Assembly: GCA_018985225.1 (NCBI GenBank)
Contig: JADGIF010000037.1
Coordinates: 1 to 30,618 of the forward strand
Length of the DNA: 30,618 nucleotides
Source: Amoeboradix gromovi X-113
Taxonomy: Eukaryota > Fungi > Sanchytriomycota
Direction of reading: 5' to 3'
The notes beneath the pieces are model-generated. The model saw nothing but the letters and a program-made list of their open reading frames with translations, ran no database searches and was not told the origin of the DNA. The position numbers were made by a program, and so were the translations under genes. Below, piece after piece: positions 20,347 through 30,429 of this stretch (the first letter of the stretch is position 1; the number at the start of each line of letters is the position of its first letter).

Positions 20347-20850
20347 ATGTCAAAAACTGAAAATCTAGCAGTGACAGATACTCTAAATGATAATCCGTTT
20401 GCCGTGCAAAAAAAGCATGCTGTGATGTACATTTCTCATCTTCCTAAGGGCTTTGAGGACAGCGCTTTAAAAAGCTACTTTAGCCAGTATGGTAAAGTAA
20501 TGAATTGTAAAGTCAGCAGGCATCCTCAAACCCTAAAAAGTAGACATTATGGATGGATTCTATTCGAAGAAGAAAGTGTGGCCGAGATTGCATGCCAATC
20601 TATGAACAATTATATTTTAGGTGACCGCGTTATCAAATGTGAATTGTTAAGGGATGACCAAATCCATGATGGTTTATTTAAGCAATACAATATGAGAAAA
20701 ACCAAAAAGATTAGAGTAGAGGATTTTAAGAAAAAACGCGTGATTTCGTCGAGTACAGAGAGGAAGGCTAAGAAAGTACAGAAATATAAAGATCTACAGT
20801 TAAAATACAACGTGAATTTAGAGGATTCAATTGCAGCCTTATCACAGTAA
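20347..20850 (+). CDS. NOP15: Nop15/NIFK nucleolar RRM protein
   Basis: YISHLPKGFE..LKSYFSQYG.V....VSR...T.KSRHYGWI.F.....AEIA..SMNNY. Confidence 0.85.
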   Translation: MSKTENLAVTDTLNDNPFAVQKKHAVMYISHLPKGFEDSALKSYFSQYGKVMNCKVSRHPQTLKSRHYGWILFEEESVAEIACQSMNNYILGDRVIKCELLRDDQIHDGLFKQYNMRKTKKIRVEDFKKKRVISSSTERKAKKVQKYKDLQLKYNVNLEDSIAALSQ

Positions 20851-20989
20851 ATTTCAGCTTGTTTATTATTAATAAGTGAGTACCGCATATAAAAACTCTC
20901 CTCATTGTTTTGAATAGGGATTTTTTGGCAAAACTTTCAAGAAATCGACACTTTGGGAGCCATTTCTTGCAGTTCTGCCTTTTCATAGG

Positions 20990-21400
20990 CCCGCAATGAC
21001 TTCTTAGAACCTGGTCTTTTATAGATGTGTTCACCTCCCTATCACTTGAAAGGCAGTTAGTCATGAACTTTGCCTTTCACCACCACCTTCAATTTTTTTT
21101 GCTTGCAGCTGATAGGGAGGGGTCCATATTCATCTTCTTTATATCAAAAAGATGCCAGTATTAGTGCTGTTGCGAAATATGGGTTCCATCGCCTGGAGGT
21201 CCAAATTAGGTCAGTCTACCTTGATTCAGATGAATAATTTAACTAGAAAAGTACGCCCAAAATATTGTTTAGAGACTGTTGACAAAAACAATTTACTTGA
21301 AATGAGGAACGTAGTTTTGATACTTCTTATATAGAATCTGTGTATTCCGTAGCTTGAAGTGTTTACACGACCGAAATTATTGCTCGGCTCTCTATTAGAA
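20990..21400 (-). pseudogene. Decayed Fanzor1-like remnant
   Basis: Minus strand, in order: RFYIRSIK, GDG, STNTGI, EDEYG...SCK...VHD*L (~21136-21054), SDREVNTSIK (~21046-21017). Confidence 0.65.
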
Positions 21401-21859
21401 AACTTTAGATGTTTACTAATATGATCCTTGGAGCTATCTCCCAGTAAATAACAAGCTTTTATTTTGTTATTGATGTTCTTCCTCATCTTATTATTGAAAG
21501 ACGAATTACGAAAAAATTTATCTTCCCACTTTCTAAAGCTTTTTTGATGATGATCTAAATATTTTGGTAAATTCTGTACTTTCTGAAGGTCCTTCTTATA
21601 TATAATTCAAAAACTCCTGTGCAAGCAGTTTACAAAACTAATTAATAATGACGCATTTCATCAAAAAAATCCCCAGCTGTGATTTATTGCCGTTTTGCAC
21701 TGCAGTTCTTGAATTTTGTAAAATCAATCATTTATCGAGAATCCGTATGTATTTTTATATAATCACATGACTTTTCTAGATTTTTCAAATACCTTAAATT
21801 CTCGATATTCTTTATTTTCACAAATAGTAAATCAAATCTAAAGAAATAACCAACAGTTA

Positions 21860-22152
21860 CAGTATACATTCATCAACGTTGAGGAACTGGTCCAAACATG
21901 GACCAATTAGATGTCTTTCAACCCGTTCTCAAAAGAGATCAACGATAAATAAACCTGTTAACCATTTATTTAATTATTCGTATGTCTTGCGTGTGCAAAA
22001 ACGCTATATCTTAACACTTGTTATGCATGTACAAGCTGTAGCAATCGTAAGAAAACCAATTTAGAAACCTGAACCTGTACAAATTGTCATTTGGAAATAG
22101 ATAGAGACCATATGGCTGCAAGGAACATATACATCAAGTATATGCATCCTTA
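21860..22152 (+). pseudogene. Fanzor/TnpB remnant with near-intact zinc ribbon and RuvC-III
   Basis: One frame reads KTLYLNTCYACTSCSNRKKTNLET*TCTNCHLEIDRDHMAARNIYIK (DRD at 22100-22108). Upstream LSTRSQKR...VNHLF. Confidence 0.88.
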
Positions 22153-22275
22153 TTTAATCCCGCCTCAGGGTAGTGAAAGCGTGAGCAATCACTGTAATGG
22201 AGCATCTAGCATTGCTAGTTTCTCTGTGGAGATTCTCGATTTTCTCAGAAATCAGGACTTTTAACGGGGAGTTGA
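22153..22275 (-). pseudogene. Fanzor family A remnant (bridge helix/RuvC-II region)
   Basis: LKVLISEKIENLHRETSNARCSITVIAHAF. About 85% identical over ~103 nt (hand count) to 26691-26793 in inverted orientation. Confidence 0.75.
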
Positions 22276-22521
22276 AAATTAATGTTCGTATGACTCCTTA
22301 ACGAGGAGGGTAAAACAAACATGACACAACAAAACCTGGACTTTTTGAGCTGACAGTAGATTTATTGAATAAATATTAGTAATAAACAATCGGATTATGT
22401 TAAGTTGCGTACCAAACAGTCTGTCTTGTTCATAAATCGTGAACTAAATTAGTAATTCGCCAATCAACTCACTTAAAAATTCATTTATAAAAACGCGGTT
22501 GGAGCCATCTTCAAGTTTCTC

Positions 22522-24780
22522 ATGTCTTCCCAAAACAACCAAAAATCATTTGCTGCTGCGTTGAAGACCACTAGAGACGATAATGATATTCAGAAACAAC
22601 AAAGGTTATATAACGGAACGATGAGCGCTGTTGAAGGAACATTTAAAGAAAAACTGTTGGATGACTACATGCATGCCCATACAACCTTGTCTATGTTAGG
22701 CTTAGATACATCTAAACTTGACTTGGGATCTGAGGAAGTAATTACTCCAACGAAAACTATAGGTTTTGGTGATTTAGAAGCAATAGATAAAGAATCACGA
22801 TTTCTGATTATCGAGGCTTCGGATAATAAGGTTATAAACGCTTCTATCTTAAATGCAATCGGTAACTACAAGTTAGAGACTTACCGTAAAAAAGAAAGTT
22901 TGATGCAAATTGGATTTGTGAACTACGAAGATGCGGTTGAGGTTAAGGACAAGGTGGTTAGAAAAGGAAGCATTGATCTTGATAATGGTGAATCAGTCAA
23001 AGTTAATGTATACTTTGGTAAAACTCTCGAGAGCGATCATTCTAATATGTCCACTCGTTCTTTATACATTGGCAACTTACCGACATCTATTTCAATCAAC
23101 ACCCTTTATCAACTATTCCAGCCTTACGGCTCTATTGAAAGTTGCCGTGTACTTACAAACAAAAATTGCGGATTTGTAAATTTCGAGAATGATTTAGATG
23201 CTCTGAGCGCTAAAAAAGCATTAAATGGGTTTGATTTGTCTGGAAATGCGCTAAAGATTAACTTTGCAAAGGCACCCGTGGCTACTAAAACCGTGGAACC
23301 TCTATCAAGTCCCATAAGAAGCGCCTTAAAATTAAATACTACTATTCAGCCGATGTCTCCCGGTGGCTATTCTTCAAATAGCGCTCAGTTCTCACCTAGA
23401 GCAATGACTCCCCTAACCTTTTATCAAAACAGAATACAGCCTAACATTCCAAAAGATATGGGAACCGACCAGAGTGTCGTTTCTCCACTGATAACTCCAG
23501 CAGCATTTGGTGACTTTCAGGCACCGCAAGATGAATTTCAGGATGCCTTGCCGCCAATTAATGAGCTTAAAAAAATGGATCAAGGAAAACTGCGCGAATA
23601 CCGTCGAAAGTTGGATGGTAATCATTCTCAGCGTGATTTTGAATTTATATTCAAGGAGTTAATCGATGACATATTACCGTTGTCAGCAGATTATATCGGT
23701 AATACGATTGTTCAGAAATTAGCAGTTAAAGGTAGCAATGAAAAGAGACTAAGAATAATTAATGCACTCAGCACTCATTTTGCAACTTTAGGTGCACATA
23801 AACACGGCACATGGGTAATTCAAAAACTTATTGATATTGCAGACACTGAAGAGCAAATGAGTGCAGTTTGCAGTGCAGTTAAGGCATATGCGCCACCCCT
23901 TATGATTGATCAAGTAATTCATTATTTAATTTAGTTTGGTAACTATGTTGTGCAATGTTGTTTAAGACTAGGATCTGCAAACAATCAGTTTATTTATGAT
24001 GCAATGCATAACAGATGTCTGGATTTGGGCCAGAGCAGATTTGGAGCAAGAGCTATGCGGGCTTGTTTGGACTCACAATACGCTGAAATGAAGCAAAAGA
24101 AACACGTAGCACTAGCTATTATTCGTAATGTATTATCGCTGTCAACTAATCCTAATGGTAATCTACTAGTCAACTGGTTATTAGACTCTTCTAATCTGCC
24201 TGGAAGGTACAGAGTGGTTGTACCACAAATAATTTCTCATTTGGTGCAACTGTGTACTCATAAACTAGGCTCCCAAATAGTGTTTAAGATAGTACAGCAA
24301 ACTCAGGATTTGGATGCCCGTCAAACTGTTCTTAAAGAAATGTTCTTTGGTACAGTTTCCACGCCAAGTGGTCTAAATGTACAGGAGTATCCGATCCTTG
24401 AAGATATACTCTCAGACCAGATGTATGGTGCTCCGTTTATTCAGCGAGTATTTAATTCTATATCTGATCCGGAAGAGAATCGAGTTTTACAGGAGAAAGC
24501 AAACCAAGTGATGATGAGTTTGAATGCGTCGCAAGCACCGGGGCATCGGTATATCCAGCAAGCTTATGCCGCTTCTCACTTAGCTGCCCTGTCCTCAATG
24601 CAGAAGCAGCAAGCGCCTCCTGCCCTTAATATCCTCTCTCCAGGTGTAAACTCTTCTTTTGATGCTGTTGTATCTCCAAGATCCCAGAATTTTTCACCTT
24701 TTAGTCCAAAGTCAGAGTCTTGGAGACAGTGGACACCTTCTTCTTTTGATGCTTCTAAGAAGAGTAATGATAGCCAATAG
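22522..24780 (+). CDS. Jsn1/Puf2-type Pumilio protein with RRM; 2 exons (22522-23913, 23935-24780)
   Basis: RRM SLYIGNLP...CGFVNF; Puf repeats DYIGNTIVQK, HKHGTWVIQK, DQ|FGNYVVQC, SRFGARAMR, HKLGSQIVFK. Confidence 0.92.
23914..23934 (+). other. 21-nt spliceosomal intron GTAATTCATTATTTAATTTAG
   Basis: Removal restores the canonical Puf repeat DQFGNYVVQCCL. Retention reads an in-frame TAG. Confidence 0.92.
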
Positions 24781-24969
24781 GTTTAAGTAAATTATTTTAA
24801 TTTCTTTTGAGATAATGAAATTAGAACTCGTACCCCAGTGCATTTGTTTTAATTCAAGAGCCACTTTAGAGTAATGCTTTACTTATTGTCAGGTACATTC
24901 AGGCTTCTTCTTGAATATTAATCTCGGATCGTGTAGCGACGTAACGGCAAAGCGTTGTGTGAAATTAAA

Positions 24970-25200
24970 TAATGGCATTTTTAGGAAAGATAGGTTGCAA
25001 TGATCTGGTACGCTAAATATGAATATTAGAATGAGTTCAGAGTTCACAATTCTTAATTGTGGATAACTCGGCTAGAAACCATTGAAGCATATTTTTGCGT
25101 TGGTCAATATCCCTATAGTCTTCGTGACAGCAATTGCAGAATTCAAACCATTCAAAGGTATAATGTGCTGAACTTCAGCAACTCTGATAAACCTCGAGTT
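24970..25200 (-). pseudogene. Fanzor family A C-terminal remnant
   Basis: RFIRVAEV, then FEWFEFCNCCHEDYRDIDQRKNMLQ (~25156-25082); homologous to 10000-10165. Confidence 0.72.
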
Positions 25201-25439
25201 CTTTTCATTTCATAAAATGCTTATAAGGTGTATTCCTTTACTCAAGTTACTCAATGTCTGATATTCGTTCCATTAGAAAGTATGAGACCCATTCTGAAAA
25301 AACGTGTTCGTTAAAAGTAGAAGGAACACCCAGAAACCGCACTATATTATCCATCATCATTAATTCATCATTTGCAAGACAACAAAGAAACGAAAAGTCA
25401 GACAGATAAAGTAATTGAGTAAGAGCAAAAAAGATGATA

Positions 25440-25670
25440 ATGAAGCACTAGAAAGAATATTAAAAACATCAAGACAGATATGAAATAATAGTCGGTTGAG
25501 ATATTGCAACATGTGATCAAGTACTAATCAGCCAACCTATTTTGAAAGAGATATGGCTAGTGCATTTTCATATTGAGAAAAAAGTTTGATGGTATATTAT
25601 GGGACTGAGTCTTTCCAGGAGGTCCTCCGACTTGTAGTTGGGGACATTTTCTGAAAATGGGTCCCAATTG
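25440..25670 (+). pseudogene. Fanzor C-terminal remnant with downstream hairpins
   Basis: RLRYCNM*SSTNQPTYFERDMASAF (25493-25567). Stems at 25601-25626 and 25638-25666. Confidence 0.65.
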
Positions 25671-25715
25671 ATTAATTAAAAACATCCAATTTATTATAAT
25701 AGAAAGGGGATTACA

Positions 25716-26252
25716 TTAAAATAACGATGCATCGGGTAGCCTCTCTATCTTGAACTGGTGATTACTAACAAAAAGTATCGGTACCCCGGCAACTTTTCTA
25801 ATTCTTTTTTTCAAATCTCGATCGCAAGTGGCTACAATAAAACAACGATGTCTTTCGACTCTCTGAACTAGACAGTCATCCGCATACGTGCCTTTGTGAG
25901 AACATGGCACCATCTCAAAATTCTTAGCAGTTCGTAATGCTAATCTGTACTTTTCACCTAGTTTTTCCAACTCGGCCATAACACATTGAGTGACCAGTAT
26001 CTCTACTTTCGCAAACAAACAGCTCATGGCGTTTTCCACTATATCCAATTTGTTCTTTATCGACATGTTAATGAAATTGGTGTCCACTAGAATCGAGTAT
26101 GGTGGAACTAATGCAGAGTTGTAGTTCAAAAACATAGTGCTCGGCACTTGTGGTACATGGTTTAATACTTCTACTTTCTTTTCCACTGGCTTCTTTGGTA
26201 CTGCTGCCATTTTTTTAACCTTAATCAATCTCGTTTTTCGCACTTTCCCCAT
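25716..26252 (-). CDS. FCF1: Fcf1/Utp24 PIN-domain rRNA processing nuclease
   Basis: PPYSILVDTNFIN, CVMAELEKLG, CSHKGTYADDC, VATCDRDLKKRIRKVAGVP. Confidence 0.95.
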   Translation of the reverse strand: MGKVRKTRLIKVKKMAAVPKKPVEKKVEVLNHVPQVPSTMFLNYNSALVPPYSILVDTNFINMSIKNKLDIVENAMSCLFAKVEILVTQCVMAELEKLGEKYRLALRTAKNFEMVPCSHKGTYADDCLVQRVERHRCFIVATCDRDLKKRIRKVAGVPILFVSNHQFKIERLPDASLF

Positions 26253-26299
26253 TTGTAAACTCCTAAAATGCTCTCGATGTTCAAAAGATTTACTTCTTA

Positions 26300-26800
26300 T
26301 GGACGCACATACCAGCCATCTACAATTAAGAGAAAGAGGAAATGGGGATTCCTCAGTCGCATGTACAATTCACCGGGAAGGAAAATACTGTTTAGAAGAC
26401 TGCTTAAAGGAAGAAAAAGACTATCTCATTAACCTGAACTAGTAAATCTTTAAATTCAACTCGTAATATTTTGATGCCATGCACCCTATAGTGTTTATTT
26501 GATTTCAAACTATGATGTTAAAACATTTTTGAGATTGGTTATTGTAAAAGATGCAAATTTATTGCAACGCTTTGAAGTAACAGCGAAGATAGTTTTGAGA
26601 ATTAGTTAAATTCTAGAAATAAATGATTTTGAAAGAAATTTATTACATAATAATGGCAAATTTAACACTTGGTAGTCAATACTCCTCACTGAAAGTCCTG
26701 ATTTCTGCCCAAATCGAGAATATTCACAGCGAAATTAACAATGTTAGTAGCTCCATTACTGTGATTGCTCACGCTTTCACTATCTTGAGGCGGTATTACC
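26300..26800 (+). pseudogene. Longer decayed Fanzor family A remnant (WED to RuvC-II)
   Basis: [11 protein letters not shown] (26362), ISNYDVKTFL (~26502-26531, a decayed DPGVRTFL RuvC-I), LKVLISAQIENIHSEINN (26689). Confidence 0.65.
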
Positions 26801-27033
26801 TTTAGTTACTCTTTAGATTTAACATGTTCTAGATTACAACGCTTGATTCCATTTATCATTTGGGGAATGGAAGAAAATCGAGTACTTACAAGATTAGAAA
26901 ATCTGGAAAACACTATATATCAAGAAATTATGATTTAATCACGAAAGATGGTTTATCTAACAAATAAGGAAAGCTGTTAATTAATCTGGATCTGTTTCCA
27001 ATGAGTCATCACAAGTAGTTCTTTGCGACTATT

Positions 27034-27331
27034 GAGACACCAAATATAAAAACTAGACCAAGTCGTCTTTAAAGGAGGTGCTCCATAAGGAGGAAATAAT
27101 ATTATTAATAAAAGTCCTTCTTTCAAACCAATTTTCTTTCATTAATGTCATTCCCCTCTTTAAAATAAGATAATATGACCCACTATCTCTTCTAAATAGT
27201 GAAGGTCTTTGAGTGTCTAAGCAAAATCTGCTTATTCTTAGACGATACTTTTTTTCTGTTCCATTTTCGTATATTCATACACTCATCAGCACAGATAATT
27301 TATTTTTTTAAATGCTAATTTTTGATGGCCC
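27034..27331. mobile_element. Second copy of the ~300-bp TIR element
   Basis: 27034-27231 aligns in conserved blocks to 7491-7687. Degenerate right end gctaatttttgatggccc(aga) lies at nearly the same distance (298 vs 302 bp). Confidence 0.75.
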
Positions 27332-27521
27332 AGAATCTTGACGAATTGATTACAATTGTATTGTGGTTTTGATTTTTACAAATCTTAAAGAGCAGAACAA
27401 GTTTTAAAGACTTATTATAATGAGAAGCCGAAATAGGAAATAACACTCTGAAGCAGTTATCATAAACGTCAACCGGAGCAGAGCTCTCTTAAGGATCTGG
27501 TTAAAAGTCTCAAGTTTCTCC

Positions 27522-28679
27522 ATGTTCAAAATACATTTCTCAAAATTTAATGACGAATTCTATAACCATGCCATTGAAAAACTTACAGTAGCATTAAATC
27601 AAAAGAACAAACCGCAGCAGATTGTGGATGATATAATAGTCGAAGAGCTGGATTTGGGAACTTTACCACCAGCAATTGAGATACTAGAAATCGGAGAGCT
27701 TGATTTGTCCAGATTCAGAGGTATATTCCGGATCACTTACAGTGGAGATGCTTTTATTGTTATTAGAACCAAAATACAAGCAAATCCGTTTGTGAGTAAA
27801 CGTGGTGTAGCAGCCAATGCGCCGCTGGTAGTTCCAATAAAGATAAGGATTAGCAGATTGCGAATAAAGGGAATAGTTGGCCTTGTAATAGATAAAAGCA
27901 AGGGCATCACTGTCTCGATGAAAAACGAACCGTTGGAGAGCGTCTTGATTAGCAGTAGCTTTGACGAAACTCCAATGATTGCGAATTACTTACAGAATGA
28001 AATAGAGCAGAAGTTGCAGCTTCTGCTCACAGATGAGATACCTAGACTCATACATGAATACAGTTTAAAGAATTTCAATCAGGAGGAGGACGAAGTGGTA
28101 GAGGAGGTCTTGAGCGCATCCACTAGTGATCAGGAAGAATCATATGAATTAACTCAGGAAGATCTGCTGAATATGCAGAAGAGGTTTATAAGCATCAACG
28201 AGAAGTTCGAGGAGGACAAGGCTGGATTTTCAGAAATCACATCTATTTCTGATACTCACTCAATTCTGAGTAACGCAAGCACAGGGATAGTAAGAAGAAC
28301 TGAACTACCGCAATCGCTATCGAGAAGATTTAATAAAAGTAAAAGCATGGATAGCGAATTCGCTACTAAAAGGCCAAGTGTTGACAAAAGCGTAAATGAG
28401 CTGCATCCTATCAAAGAACTTAACAAGTCGCAGCCTGCTGTTTTTAGTAGAAGGTTGAGTAACTTATTAATGAGCAACCAGTCTCTATCACCGTTTCACC
28501 GTAATTATGAAAATTCAATGTTTAAGGCGTCACCCATAAAAAACAAGAACAAATCCGTTTACAGCGAAAGAACTAGTACTATGAGCAGGAGAAGTACTGA
28601 TCAAATGACGCTTGTGAAACCGAAAGTGCGATTAAAGAAGAAGCGAGTAATTGACTTGGAGAGATACTTTGGGAGCTAG
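27522..28679 (+). CDS. MDM34: ERMES subunit Mdm34 (N-terminal SMP domain)
   Basis: ALN...KP..IVDDI.VEEL.LG..PP..EILEIGEL...RFRGIF...Y.GDA...TKIQANP; KGIT...KNEPLESV..SSSFD. Confidence 0.92.
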   Translation: MFKIHFSKFNDEFYNHAIEKLTVALNQKNKPQQIVDDIIVEELDLGTLPPAIEILEIGELDLSRFRGIFRITYSGDAFIVIRTKIQANPFVSKRGVAANAPLVVPIKIRISRLRIKGIVGLVIDKSKGITVSMKNEPLESVLISSSFDETPMIANYLQNEIEQKLQLLLTDEIPRLIHEYSLKNFNQEEDEVVEEVLSASTSDQEESYELTQEDLLNMQKRFISINEKFEEDKAGFSEITSISDTHSILSNASTGIVRRTELPQSLSRRFNKSKSMDSEFATKRPSVDKSVNELHPIKELNKSQPAVFSRRLSNLLMSNQSLSPFHRNYENSMFKASPIKNKNKSVYSERTSTMSRRSTDQMTLVKPKVRLKKKRVIDLERYFGS

Positions 28680-28702
28680 CTACATTGTTAGCTGAATGGT
28701 AT

Positions 28703-29146
28703 TTATTGGTGACAAAGATACGCTTCTTTATCTTGGTGCTCCACTGGCTGCAATGCGTGCGCCACACCAGTGCCAAGAACAATAAATAAGATCACATAAA
28801 AATTGAATGTCATCATTGCTAGCATGAGCAATATGCCAATAAAAGACCTAATTGTAGTTTTTAGCGCATTCACGTATCTGTCCTGCTTTTTGCCAAGTTT
28901 CCTGAACTGATATCTACCAAGTAAGTCAATCGAGAAACTAGTGACGAAGAGAGCAAGCAATACTGCAGCAAATGCAGCCGCGCTATCGATGGTCCAGGTA
29001 TCAACTAAAATCGCAAATCCTGAAGTCTTAAAGTTAAACGAGGTCCCCATAGCCCCCATTGACATTGCTTCTGAGCTAGAGTTACTTTCGGATGACATAT
29101 TTGTACCGTCCATATGCATATGCTCTGAATCCATTGAGATTATCAT
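28703..29146 (-). CDS. Ctr-family copper transporter
   Basis: Met/His-rich N-terminus, F...W, LMLAMMTFN (MxxxM), GTGVA. The start may be ATG 29134. Confidence 0.9.
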   Translation of the reverse strand: MIISMDSEHMHMDGTNMSSESNSSSEAMSMGAMGTSFNFKTSGFAILVDTWTIDSAAAFAAVLLALFVTSFSIDLLGRYQFRKLGKKQDRYVNALKTTIRSFIGILLMLAMMTFNFYVILFIVLGTGVAHALQPVEHQDKEAYLCHQ

Positions 29147-29469
29147 TTACTCTTGTTTTGTATTGTACAAGTTAGTGGTAATTAATAATCTGATTGGTTC
29201 CTCTCAATAGGGTCTCCTCAGGCCCCTCATCAAAAAGTTTGGACATTATGTTGGATAAGTGTACCAAAGTGCTATACCATCAAAGAAGCCATAGTATAAG
29301 CAGTGGAACTCTGTTTATTAGAACCAATTTGACATATCCGCAGTGCTCCAATAAACGAACATGTAAATATTTCAAAATTTGAGCGATTTTTGATTGGCCA
29401 CAATCTTTTTGAAAACTCACCACAACTGGCATAAAGCGCTTGTTAGAGCATCAGAGGTGATCAACTCTT

Positions 29470-29720
29470 CATCGAGAGTCCCGGTTTGTTTGAAAATCAA
29501 GAATTCCGACAAACAAAAATTAATAAGAAAGTTTATTGAGTCATAAATATTATTTAACTCTAGAAGATGATCAATTTGAGATGCAGAGTTTGTGCGATCG
29601 CTACAGATGATCTATAGAATTAAAGTAGATCACTTTTACATACTGCTTGTGCAGTAAAGGATATGAATTAAATTTGTGATTTGTACTTTCAAGTGACCAA
29701 TTGTTGCAAATGAATTATCT
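29470..29720 (+). pseudogene. Highly decayed Fanzor family A remnant
   Basis: agagtcccggtttgtttgaaaatcaagaattcc resembles the family A KVLISEKIENF block. Downstream: RIKVDHFY / CSKG / TFK.. TNC fragments. Confidence 0.45.
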
Positions 29721-30429
29721 TTCCATTAATGTAGCAGCTCCTGGGCACTGAAGCATGCATTAATTGCTTATTAGCGATTTCTTTAGAATTAAGATTCAAG
29801 TACTGACCCGTTTACCACTTAAAAAGAACAAAACTCGCGTTTTGTGCCATTGGAAGTATCTGAAAAAGTATTATATGAAAATAAAGCGTCATGCAACCAC
29901 GATAAATACTTTATTAGATTGAGGTCTAAAGCTGCGCAAAAAATAAATAAACCCTTAAAAGTGAATTCCTCAAAAGGTAGATTCTTCAAACAAAGAAGTG
30001 TTGTATTTTTCCACCTATTTTCTAACAGCAACTCGCTATCGAAAACTACTTCTGTCCTGTCATATATTTTATAATTACACATTCATGTTTCGATATAAAA
30101 ACACATCTCAGTTGGTAAACTGGCGTATCCTGGACTTCTAGAAAGGTCTAAGCAGTTTCCAGTGAGATTTTACTGGAAATCGCATGCTGGTTTTTCACCA
30201 CTCAGACGCAAAACTTAATTATGCAAAGACCAAAATTGACGCACTATAATATTTGTCTAAGGTAAATTCAGAATGGAGAAAGGAAACAGCTTGACTATTT
30301 TCTTGAATAAATCATTTATCGCGAATTTGTATGCATTATTGTATAATTTCAAGACTTTTCCAGATTTTTCAAATAGCTCAAATACTAGATATTCTTCCTT
30401 TTCGCAGATGGTAAATCAATTCTAAATAA

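Noticed and set aside
23932-23934. TAG readthrough or a reassigned genetic code (TAR=Gln) joining the two Puf ORFs
   Set aside because: Readthrough would insert 7 residues into the conserved DQFGNY motif, which a GT-AG intron removes exactly. Other conserved genes end normally at TAA or TAG.
29819-30082. Opposing 76-87-aa ORFs as real genes
   Set aside because: Non-ATG starts, no recognisable domains, located in decayed-element territory.
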